Virus record (IMG/VR): IMGVR_UViG_3300023179_005186
Location: 1 to 64,000 of that record
Direction: 5' to 3' (one strand)
DNA: 64,000 nucleotides
Shown: piece after piece, positions 49,225-58,136 of the stretch
Position numbering within the stretch: the first letter of the stretch is position 1
Layout of the letters: each line of letters opens with the position of its first letter
Position numbers and translations under genes: made by a program
The notes under the pieces: generated by a model
The model's input: the letters and a program-made list of their open reading frames with translations, nothing else
Database searches by the model: none
Told to the model about the DNA's origin: nothing

Positions 49225-49261
49225 TATATTAATAATATATTAGTATAATGTTATATTTTTA

Positions 49262-49269
49262 TCAATTTT
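49262..49269 (-). promoter_or_regulatory. early promoter AAAATTGA
   Basis: exact octamer about 38 nt upstream of 49224. Confidence 0.8.
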
Positions 49270-49301
49270 TTACTTTATATAGCAAATATCATATTTAAAA
49301 A

Positions 49302-49327
49302 AAAATTGATTTATTAAAAAAAATTGA
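49302..49327 (+). promoter_or_regulatory. tandemly duplicated early promoter AAAATTGA (49302-49309, 49320-49327)
   Basis: two exact octamers within an 18-19-nt direct duplication upstream of ATG 49380. Confidence 0.8.
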
Positions 49328-49379
49328 TTTTATTAAAAAATAACTATAATTTAAATATAAAAATATACTTATTAATAAC

Positions 49380-50675
49380 ATGAGTCGTAAAATTGTATTT
49401 GAACCTATTGCCTTTGAAGATGAAAGGCAAAAAAAATCAACTCAATTTAGTACTACAGTTGGATTAATGAAGGATGGAAAAAAAGTATATCCTGATGAAA
49501 CTACCGGCTTTATGTACCAAATGTATTCTGGATTTGCATCATCAATGTTTAATCCTCCTGAAAATCGTGATTGGATTAAACTTGATATTAATGAAAATGA
49601 AAATACTTATGTTGAATTTATGAATACTATCAATGAGTATGATAATGAATTTGAAAAACAAAAAGATAATATTTTTGGTAAATTTTCTAAATTTTACAAT
49701 ATTGTTCGATCTGTTAAAGAGCCTAAAGAAGATGATGAACTTGAAATGGAAGCTAATGCTGATAAACCTGTTAAACCTAAATATAAATCAATTAAATTAA
49801 AACTAAAAATGGGTTGGAATTATTATTATGATAATGTTTTACTCGATCAAATTAATGCATCAATTATCCGTAAATCTGTTAACGAAACTCTTGCAAAAAA
49901 TAATGATAAGAAACTACTAGAAAACCTTACTTTTACACTTAAAATTACTGATGAAAATGGAAAAAAAATAGATAAGAAAATTAAAATGAGTGAAATCGAA
50001 TCTCGTAAGGAAATTATTACTAAAGTTTATTATCGTCAAAAAGATGATTCTGTTGACCTTAAAAAAGTTACTGATTGTACTGATAATGATGAATTAGAAG
50101 AAATTTATGGTAAACCTGAAGAAGTATTTGTAAAAACACCTGAAGATTTTGATAGATATCATAAATATAGATGTTTTGTTCGTTATCTTTATTCACCTTC
50201 TAAAGTTTGGGCTTCAAAATCTAAAGGTGATGATGGTAAACGTAGAACAAGTCTTCAATTTGTATGTCATCAAATTGATATTATACACATTAAAGAAAAA
50301 AAAAATAATACATCTGCTGTTCGTTCAATTTATTCTGGATATGGATTTGGCTCAAGACCTGATACTGTTTTTGATGTAACTGAGAAAGGTATTGACAAAT
50401 TAGAAAAAGAAACATCTATTCCAAAAAATAAAATTAAAGATAAAGATAAAGATGAAGATGAAGATGAAGATGAAGATGAAGATGAAGATGAAGATGAAGA
50501 TGAAGACGAAGATGAAGAAGATAAAGAAGATAAAGAAGTCATTAAATCTAATAAACATACATTAAAAGTTGAATCTGATTCTGATTCTGATGAATCAAAA
50601 CCTCCTAAAAAAAATTCTAAAAATAAAATTGTTGAACAAGTAAAAACTACAAAAAAGAATACTAAACGTAAGTAA
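49380..50675 (+). CDS. putative ssDNA-binding protein (DUF2738/OB-fold-like) with acidic tail
   Basis: alternating beta-strand pattern with aromatics (KVW...SLQF.C.QI.I) followed by (DE)n tract, as in phage-type SSBs; assignment by resemblance. Confidence 0.5.
   Translation: MSRKIVFEPIAFEDERQKKSTQFSTTVGLMKDGKKVYPDETTGFMYQMYSGFASSMFNPPENRDWIKLDINENENTYVEFMNTINEYDNEFEKQKDNIFGKFSKFYNIVRSVKEPKEDDELEMEANADKPVKPKYKSIKLKLKMGWNYYYDNVLLDQINASIIRKSVNETLAKNNDKKLLENLTFTLKITDENGKKIDKKIKMSEIESRKEIITKVYYRQKDDSVDLKKVTDCTDNDELEEIYGKPEEVFVKTPEDFDRYHKYRCFVRYLYSPSKVWASKSKGDDGKRRTSLQFVCHQIDIIHIKEKKNNTSAVRSIYSGYGFGSRPDTVFDVTEKGIDKLEKETSIPKNKIKDKDKDEDEDEDEDEDEDEDEDEDEDEEDKEDKEVIKSNKHTLKVESDSDSDESKPPKKNSKNKIVEQVKTTKKNTKRK
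50451..50520 (+). repeat. (GATGAA)n hexamer tract encoding (DE)n
   Basis: direct reading of the sequence. Confidence 0.9.
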
Positions 50676-50718
50676 ATATTAATTTATTAAAATATATTTA
50701 TCTAATTAAAATTTTATT

Positions 50719-50747
50719 TTAACTTATTTTTTATTAAAATAAGTTAA
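50719..50747 (+). terminator. perfect 12-bp hairpin after the 49380-50675 gene
   Basis: TTAACTTATTTT / loop TTATT / AAAATAAGTTAA; fits the Mimivirus hairpin rule for polyadenylation. Confidence 0.7.
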
Positions 50748-50751
50748 GACT

Positions 50752-51936
50752 TTGTATTTTATTTATATATATATAATGGACGACGAAAAAAAAAATATTA
50801 TTAGTCCTTTTGATATTAATGATAACAAATTATTAGATGCAATTGAAGAAATGACAATTTCTGAAAACAAAAATGCTGATTATATGGGTTTAACTATTTA
50901 TTTATCAAGACTTGAATATAATAAATTACCATTTTTATTTAGACTAGATAATATTAAAGTTGTTAAAAATGATGCCATTAATAGTAAATTTGTTGTTAAA
51001 ATTGATAATAAAATTATTAAAATTTTAAATAAATTTGATATTAAATGTCAAGAATTATTAAAAAATAGTATTATAATTAATAATGATGATGAAGATGAAC
51101 CTTTTTGTATTAGTTATATGGATAGTTATGAAGATGGTAAATTATTTGATATCATGTATAACTATAAAACTAATATTCTATGTAATGATGTTGAAATGGC
51201 TCCTGCTGATGTGCAAATTGGAGATAAAATTAGCGCTATTTTAATGATCGATTCTATAATATTTATTGTTAATACTAGAGAAGCAAAAACTAAATATAAT
51301 ATCGTTTTAATAGATCTGTATACAAAAAAACCAAGAGAATCTACAAAAAAAAATATGATTGAAGAATTTATTTATGAATTAATTAAAAATAAAATTTCAC
51401 AAGATGAAAAATTTATTCAAGAAAAAAATGAAGAAAATAAAGAAAATGAAGAAAATGAAGAAAATGAAGAAAATGAAGTAAATGAAGTAAATGAAGTAAA
51501 TTTTAATAATAAAATAGTAAAAGATAATTCTGTACAATTGAAATCAAAAACTGTTAAAAAAATAGATGAAAAGAAACCAGTTAAATCAGTTGAAAATAAT
51601 AAAAGAAAAAAACCTGTAAAACAAATTGAAACAGTTGTAACAATTGAACCAGTTGAAACAGTTGAATCAATTGTAAATAAAAAAACAAAAAGTAAAAAAA
51701 CTGTAAAATCTGCTGAAACTGTTAAACCAGTTATAAATAAAAAAACAAAAGTCAAAGATAAAAAAAATGTTTTAACAGTTAAAACTATTGAGACGGTTGA
51801 ACCAGTTGAACCGGTTGAATCAATTGTACCTGTTGAATCAGTTGTACCTGTTGAAAATAAAAAAACAAAAGGAAAAAAGACTAAAAAATCTGTTGAGACA
51901 ATTGAACAGGTTAAAAATAATAAAACAAAAAATTAA
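50752..51936 (+). CDS. hypothetical protein with ENE/VNE and VE(P/T/S)V low-complexity repeats
   Basis: 394-aa ORF (real start probably MDDEKK); globular N-half, repetitive Lys/Glu/Val C-half. Confidence 0.75.
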   Translation: MYFIYIYIMDDEKKNIISPFDINDNKLLDAIEEMTISENKNADYMGLTIYLSRLEYNKLPFLFRLDNIKVVKNDAINSKFVVKIDNKIIKILNKFDIKCQELLKNSIIINNDDEDEPFCISYMDSYEDGKLFDIMYNYKTNILCNDVEMAPADVQIGDKISAILMIDSIIFIVNTREAKTKYNIVLIDLYTKKPRESTKKNMIEEFIYELIKNKISQDEKFIQEKNEENKENEENEENEENEVNEVNEVNFNNKIVKDNSVQLKSKTVKKIDEKKPVKSVENNKRKKPVKQIETVVTIEPVETVESIVNKKTKSKKTVKSAETVKPVINKKTKVKDKKNVLTVKTIETVEPVEPVESIVPVESVVPVENKKTKGKKTKKSVETIEQVKNNKTKN

Positions 51937-51949
51937 AAAAATAGTATTT

Positions 51950-52084
51950 TTATAACTTACCTTTTAAAGATTCAACTAATGAATCTTTAGGAACAATTAT
52001 TTTAGCATCAATTGCTTGAATTAATAAAAATATTAATATTATTAAACTAATTCCATATAATAATAAATTTGTTATTGAATTCAT
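51950..52084 (-). CDS. 44-aa single-pass membrane microprotein (not in the ORF track)
   Basis: MNSITNLLLYGISLIILIFLLIQAIDAKIIVPKDSLVESLKGKL-stop; fills the gap between genes. Confidence 0.6.
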   Translation of the reverse strand: MNSITNLLLYGISLIILIFLLIQAIDAKIIVPKDSLVESLKGKL

Positions 52085-52138
52085 TTAATATATAAATATA
52101 TAATTTTTTTATAATCAAATTTATTATAAATTATTTAA

Positions 52139-53044
52139 TTATAATTCTAAAAAAATATTTCTTGATACAATAGGATTCTTATATTTTATTTTTTTATCTT
52201 TTTTAATTTTATATTTTGATTCTGAAGATTTAGATTCTGATTTTGAATCTAAAGATTTTGATTCTGTTGATGTTAATTCTACAGATTTTGATTTAGAATC
52301 TGATTTTTCATCAGTAGTACTGAAAGAATTATTTTCAATAACATGTTTTTTAAAGTAACTATTAACGTGTGATAATTTAGTTATAATATTTCTATAATTT
52401 TCTTCAGTATATTTTATTATATCATATGATATAGCCCATCTGAAAAAATTTAATTGACCTAAAGTTGTTAATATAACTAAATTATTTTTTTCACATATAT
52501 AAAAAAACTTCTTCTTTCTTCTAAATGGATCAAAATATTTTTTTTTAAAAGATTTTAATTGTGCCTTATAACTTATATTAATATTAAAATCTTTCTGTTT
52601 TATATATGAATTATCAACATTAATTGATAATTTATATAAGTAACAATATCTTGTTACAAACCAATCTAAAAATCTTAATGATACTAAATGATTACCATTA
52701 ATTATATCAACCATCGTTTGACATTCTTCTTTTGTACTATTATTAAAAAAATTATCTAATTTTTTATAATGCATCAATTCTTTACATTTTAAATCTTTTA
52801 TACTAATAACATTATACATTAAATTTTCATCAACAACGTTACATTGAACATCTGTTTTATTTAAATTAGGATCTTGTTCACAATCTAATTCATTATTTAA
52901 GTTTGAAGTATATTCAGAATCTTTTGTTAATTTAACATCTAATTTGTTATTTTTTAATAAATTATGAATCTCTTCTAGTTCATCTAAATCATTTAAAACA
53001 GATTTAGATATTTCTGAACTATTTTTTTTTATATTTTTTGACAT
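52139..53044 (-). CDS. conserved NCLDV protein (Mimivirus L507-like, from memory)
   Basis: VSLRFLDWFVTRY, SYKAQLKSFKKKYFDPFRR, TTLGQLNFFRWAI. Confidence 0.8.
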   Translation of the reverse strand: MSKNIKKNSSEISKSVLNDLDELEEIHNLLKNNKLDVKLTKDSEYTSNLNNELDCEQDPNLNKTDVQCNVVDENLMYNVISIKDLKCKELMHYKKLDNFFNNSTKEECQTMVDIINGNHLVSLRFLDWFVTRYCYLYKLSINVDNSYIKQKDFNINISYKAQLKSFKKKYFDPFRRKKKFFYICEKNNLVILTTLGQLNFFRWAISYDIIKYTEENYRNIITKLSHVNSYFKKHVIENNSFSTTDEKSDSKSKSVELTSTESKSLDSKSESKSSESKYKIKKDKKIKYKNPIVSRNIFLEL

Positions 53045-53101
53045 TATATGATAAGATTATTGTATTAAATTTATATTAATTTAATTTTATTAAAAAAATA
53101 A

Positions 53102-55459
53102 TTATTTTGTCTGATTTGATTTATAAATATCTTCTTCTACAGAATCTTTAATTAATAATCTAAATACTTTTATTTTACTATGTTTATTTCCTAATCTTCT
53201 TACTCTACCTATAGCTTGATTTTCTGTATTTAATCTATATTGTTTATCTCCATAAATAGGATCTAAGAAGATAACTTCTTCAGCATTATTTAAATTTGAA
53301 CCTGAAACAGTACTTTCTGATGATAACATGATAATTTTAAAATCATTATTATCTGGATCTTGACTGTTAAATAATCTTAAAACTTTATCTTTTTGATAAA
53401 CATTACCTTGACAATACAATTGCTTAATACCGTTAGATTCTAATACTTTGCCAACTTCTTTTAATAAATAATCCCATTGAGAAAAAATAATTCTATATTT
53501 ATTTGGTGTTGATTTTATGTAATTTATTATATAAGCGAGTTTAGTACCTAAATTATTTACTTCAGATGATTTATTTGAAGAAATTAAAAATATTTTATCT
53601 AATTCTAAAAATTTTTTACAACAAGGACAATTACTTTTAATACCAGATCCTTTTGATTCCTTAACTATTGTACTAATACAACTATAGCAAAAAATATGAC
53701 CACAGAAAGTAATACCTAGATCATTTTCTTTAATTTGATCCAAACAAATTGTACAACTTTCTTGTGTAACTTTACTCATATCTGAAATTAATTCTATAAA
53801 AGTTTTATAATATAAAACTGTTTTTTCTTTACCATCACGAATTTTTTTATATTCATGTAGTTTTAATTGAGCTAATTCTAAATCTTCTTTTAAATCCTGA
53901 TATCCTTTTAAATTAATCTTTCCATCCTTTTCCATTTCTTTCATATCTTTTTTAAATGTTTCAATTCTATTTAAACAATTATTATAGATTTCATCAGCTT
54001 TTTCATATTCACTCATATACATTTTTTTAATCTGATTTCTTATATCTTCTAAAGATTCAACTTTATTAGATATATTTTCTCTAATTTTTTCTGAGATCAT
54101 TGGATGACAACAAATTTGTCTCAAAAAAACATCATTCATTGTATTGTTTGGATCAGCTAAATATGCATTATAAATCATTCTTTCAGTTTCTGTAAAATTT
54201 AACCAAATTGTTTCTTCAATTATTTCTGGTAATTTTAATATTTTTATATTCTTACTATGAGTATTTCTACTAAAATGATTTTTAATATATGAGTATTCTT
54301 CTATTTTACAAATATCTAGTACATTAATATTATTATTACCAAAACTTATATAATCAATTACAGATGATAATGATGTTGTGTCGATTTCATTGTGATCATC
54401 TATAATTTTTTCTTTAAACGGTGTTCCAGAAATTATCCATCTATAATCTGACTCTAAATATTTTAATTTTACAAATAAATTAGAATCTTCTATTTCATGG
54501 AATTCATCTATTACTACACGATGCCAATATATTGAAAAAATATTTACATCTTTATCAAATATATTTATTATATTATATAATGGATCAATTTCCTCATGTT
54601 GATTTAATTTACAATTTGTAAAAAAGTTTGCTGAAATTATTACTACATCTGCATTTATAAAATTAAAATAACTATATTTTTTATAATGAACTTTCGTTAA
54701 TAAATTTATTATAGTAATTTCTTTTTGTAAATGGATACCAAATTCCCTTGACCATTGACCGCATAAATGATTTGGAACTATTATTAATGTTGCTTTGCTA
54801 AATATTTTTTCTTTATATACTAAACATTTTTTTTTACTTTTATTTGAATTTATTAATGTAATTATTTGTAAAGTTTTACCCATACCAACCTCATCAAATA
54901 AACCTCCACCTTTAAAATATACTTTATTAGTTAATTTCTCATGTATTTCAGAATAATTTTTATTTTCAATATCTAACATCCAATTTAAATTATTTATTTG
55001 ATACGGATATAATTCAGTTTTAATATTATAAAATTTGGTTATAATTACATCGGATTCTGGAGAATTATCTAAAATTTTTGCAATTAAGTAATTTGCTATT
55101 TCTGTTTTAATTTTATTTAAAATATAATATCCATTTTCATAATCTTCATCTAATATTGAATTAGAAATTCTACTAATAATATTATTTTTTTCATTATCAT
55201 ACTCTTTTTTTTTACACTCAAAAATATTTTCTAATTCATTTGATGTTTTATTTTCTAAATTCTTAGTATTTAAAATATCTTCATCTGATTCATATGTATA
55301 TTTAGAAACTTTAATTTTATTTTTGGATTTTGAAGTTTCAACTGTACCAAAATTATGAATATTTATATAGGATTTTAAAGCATCATTATATACCTCATTA
55401 TATGTATCAACTATTTTTAAAAGTTCAGTAAATAATATAGAATCATTTCTTATATCCAT
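53102..55459 (-). CDS. SNF2-family ATPase with RING finger (Rad5/Rad16-like)
   Basis: GGGLFDEVGMGKT, WHRVVIDEFH, SGTP, RING CTIC...CGH.FC..C...CPCC, QAIGRVRRLG. Confidence 0.93.
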   Translation of the reverse strand: MDIRNDSILFTELLKIVDTYNEVYNDALKSYINIHNFGTVETSKSKNKIKVSKYTYESDEDILNTKNLENKTSNELENIFECKKKEYDNEKNNIISRISNSILDEDYENGYYILNKIKTEIANYLIAKILDNSPESDVIITKFYNIKTELYPYQINNLNWMLDIENKNYSEIHEKLTNKVYFKGGGLFDEVGMGKTLQIITLINSNKSKKKCLVYKEKIFSKATLIIVPNHLCGQWSREFGIHLQKEITIINLLTKVHYKKYSYFNFINADVVIISANFFTNCKLNQHEEIDPLYNIINIFDKDVNIFSIYWHRVVIDEFHEIEDSNLFVKLKYLESDYRWIISGTPFKEKIIDDHNEIDTTSLSSVIDYISFGNNNINVLDICKIEEYSYIKNHFSRNTHSKNIKILKLPEIIEETIWLNFTETERMIYNAYLADPNNTMNDVFLRQICCHPMISEKIRENISNKVESLEDIRNQIKKMYMSEYEKADEIYNNCLNRIETFKKDMKEMEKDGKINLKGYQDLKEDLELAQLKLHEYKKIRDGKEKTVLYYKTFIELISDMSKVTQESCTICLDQIKENDLGITFCGHIFCYSCISTIVKESKGSGIKSNCPCCKKFLELDKIFLISSNKSSEVNNLGTKLAYIINYIKSTPNKYRIIFSQWDYLLKEVGKVLESNGIKQLYCQGNVYQKDKVLRLFNSQDPDNNDFKIIMLSSESTVSGSNLNNAEEVIFLDPIYGDKQYRLNTENQAIGRVRRLGNKHSKIKVFRLLIKDSVEEDIYKSNQTK

Positions 55460-55493
55460 AATTTTATATTATTTTGTAAATTTATAATTTTAT

Positions 55494-55501
55494 TCAATTT
55501 T
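55494..55501 (-). promoter_or_regulatory. early promoter AAAATTGA (SNF2)
   Basis: exact octamer about 35 nt upstream of the start. Confidence 0.8.
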
Positions 55502-55563
55502 TTATTAACCACTAAATTAATAAAACATTTAAAATTTTTGATATTAATAATTTTATATAGACC

Positions 55564-56298
55564 ATGATAAAAATTAATAATAAAATTTTAGATGAAAAAA
55601 CAACTATAAAAGAACAAGATGTTGATAAAAATAATCTAATTAATAATGAAAATGATTCTAATAATCCCTATCAAAAAATAATTACACAAGCATATGTACA
55701 TTTTGAAAAAGCTAATGAAGAAAATAAAAATGGATTATTATATTTAAAAAAATTAAATAAAGTATTATCTAAATTAAATAATAGTAATACTAAAAATAAA
55801 AAAAATACAGTTGTTGTTAAAAAACAAACAGGTTTTAGTGAATTAAGAATTGTACCTGAAGAACTAAAAGAATTATTAGGAATTAATGAAAATATTTTAG
55901 CTAGAACTGAAATAACTAAAAAAGTTTATAAATATATTGACGATAATAAATTAAAATATCCAAATAATAAAAGAATTATTAGAGTTGATGATAAATTAGC
56001 TAAAGCATTAAAATTATCAAAAGATGAAATAGAAAAAATTAATAATTCACAAGAGCAAAAAGATGCAAATGGATTAAATTTTTTTAATATACAAACTTGG
56101 CTTGCTAAATTATATGTTGTTGATAAAAATGATCAAATTGATCAAATTAATCAATTAAAAACAATGGATATACCTTCTAAAAATATAAGTAATACTAATA
56201 TAACTGATTCAACTGATTCAATTAATAATAATATTATATTAAATGATGATCTTGTAATATTAAAAAAAAATAAATCACTTAAAACTAAAAAAAAATAA
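55564..56298 (+). CDS. SWIB/MDM2-domain protein
   Basis: TGFS....VPEEL.ELLG....LARTEITKKVYKYI..NKL....NKRII..D.KL.K.L ... FFNIQ..L..LY. Confidence 0.9.
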   Translation: MIKINNKILDEKTTIKEQDVDKNNLINNENDSNNPYQKIITQAYVHFEKANEENKNGLLYLKKLNKVLSKLNNSNTKNKKNTVVVKKQTGFSELRIVPEELKELLGINENILARTEITKKVYKYIDDNKLKYPNNKRIIRVDDKLAKALKLSKDEIEKINNSQEQKDANGLNFFNIQTWLAKLYVVDKNDQIDQINQLKTMDIPSKNISNTNITDSTDSINNNIILNDDLVILKKNKSLKTKKK

Positions 56299-56303
56299 AT
56301 TTT

Positions 56304-57224
56304 TTAATTTGAATTTAATTTTATTAAATATAAATTACCTCTAATCATTTCTAAATTATTTGAATCAATAATATTATCATCAGTATTATAATAAAATAAT
56401 CCTTTATTATATATAGTATATATATATCCTATATCTACTTTTTCTTTATTTAATTTTTCTAAATTAAATAAATAGTCTATTTTATCTGGTAATTTTAATA
56501 ATATTTTTTCATCACAAATTTTATCATATGATATTTTTACATATAGATCATTCAATATTATATTATATTTTAAATCATCATAAATTGATTCATTTATTTC
56601 AATATTTACTATTAAATTACCTGTAAATTTAAATGAATTTAACATTATACTTTCACCTTCACCTTCATATATTTGTTTTTTATCTATTGGATGTATATAT
56701 TCTATAAATATTTCTCTACTTATTCTATCATATTCTAATAATCTTGCTTTATTTATATATAATTCTTCAAAACTAAATTTTAAAGTTACTTCTATATCTA
56801 ATATTGTTGTAATTTTTTTTAATAATTCTATTTTATTACCAAATAAAATATTTGAAATCATTAAATCTAAATCAAACACATTACTTGAATTTTCTAACTT
56901 TTTTTTTATTATTTCATACAATGTGATATAATTTTTATCTTCAATATTTTGTTTAAACCACTCATCAAAACCTATTTTTACTTTACTTTTTGAATCATAT
57001 TCTTTTCTTGTATTTTCATTTGATAATATTTCATAAGCAAACTTTATTTGATAAAATTTTTCATTTAATTCTATCGAATTTTTATTATTTACATTCTTAT
57101 CTGGATGATATTTTAATGCAAGTTTTTTAAATGCTTTTTTTATTTCTTCTTGACTACAATTTTTTTCTAAATCTAAAATTTTATATAAATCTAATATTTT
57201 TTTAGATTCATTAGCATAATTCAT
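56304..57224 (-). CDS. dnaJ: DnaJ (J-domain) co-chaperone
   Basis: DLYKILDL...EIKKAFKKLALKYHPDK...AYEILS...R..YD. Confidence 0.92.
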   Translation of the reverse strand: MNYANESKKILDLYKILDLEKNCSQEEIKKAFKKLALKYHPDKNVNNKNSIELNEKFYQIKFAYEILSNENTRKEYDSKSKVKIGFDEWFKQNIEDKNYITLYEIIKKKLENSSNVFDLDLMISNILFGNKIELLKKITTILDIEVTLKFSFEELYINKARLLEYDRISREIFIEYIHPIDKKQIYEGEGESIMLNSFKFTGNLIVNIEINESIYDDLKYNIILNDLYVKISYDKICDEKILLKLPDKIDYLFNLEKLNKEKVDIGYIYTIYNKGLFYYNTDDNIIDSNNLEMIRGNLYLIKLNSN

Positions 57225-57351
57225 TTTATTATATATTTTTGTATTATTATAATATAATTTATTTTTACTTAAATATTATTTTATTTACATATTATTTCAA
57301 GTTTATTTATAAATATTTAAATACTATATTATAGTATAATTTAAATTAAAA

Positions 57352-58062
57352 ATGAATAATGTAAGAGATAGAGATACTTATAATATGAAAAAAATTAAAA
57401 AATTTAATTCTGTCGATCATGCATATAATACTGAAGATCTTAAAAATCTTATTCTTAAACAAGAAAATATAGAAAAACCAAATATTGATATTAAAGCATT
57501 AGCAAATCAGCGTGAAAAAATTAATTTAATTGAATTTAAAGAATCTGAAAAAAAAAGAGTTAATAATCCATATAAAGGAATTATAAAAGATTTTAATTAT
57601 GATCAAAAATTAAAAAAACAAGAAGACTTGATTATTCATAAAGTTACTCAAGGTGATAAAGATAAAGATCAATTTGATCAAAAAATGGGTGTTTATAAAA
57701 CTAATATTACTTCTCACAATGATGAAATTAAAGAAGTTTATTCAATTGATAAAAAAAATCAACATAAAAAAGTTTTTGAATATCAGCATAAATATAAGTA
57801 TAGAACAAAATTAGATAATAATAACGAAGAAGCTGATTTAAGAGTAGATCGAATAGACTTTTATAAAAAAGAACAACAAAAACTTGAAGATAATAAAAAA
57901 AAAATTGATAATATTTTAATGGATCTAATTGATGTAGGAATTTTATCAGATTCTATGGATTCTATTAATTTTGATAAAATTGATGCTGATAAATTAGCAG
58001 AAACATTGAAAAAAACATTTGGTCATGAAGAATACGAAAAACTAATTAAAGAACTTAGTTAA
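57352..58062 (+). CDS. conserved hypothetical protein
   Basis: 236-aa ORF; KRVNNPYKGIIK...EDLIIHKVT motif. Confidence 0.75.
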   Translation: MNNVRDRDTYNMKKIKKFNSVDHAYNTEDLKNLILKQENIEKPNIDIKALANQREKINLIEFKESEKKRVNNPYKGIIKDFNYDQKLKKQEDLIIHKVTQGDKDKDQFDQKMGVYKTNITSHNDEIKEVYSIDKKNQHKKVFEYQHKYKYRTKLDNNNEEADLRVDRIDFYKKEQQKLEDNKKKIDNILMDLIDVGILSDSMDSINFDKIDADKLAETLKKTFGHEEYEKLIKELS

Positions 58063-58081
58063 TTTTTTTATAATTTAATAA

Positions 58082-58106
58082 GGTTTAATACTGTTATTAT
58101 TAAACC
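58082..58106 (+). terminator. 9-bp hairpin after the 57352-58062 gene
   Basis: GGTTTAATA / loop CTGTTAT / TATTAAACC. Confidence 0.55.
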
Positions 58107-58136
58107 ACATAAAGTTTTATTAACAATATTATTTAA

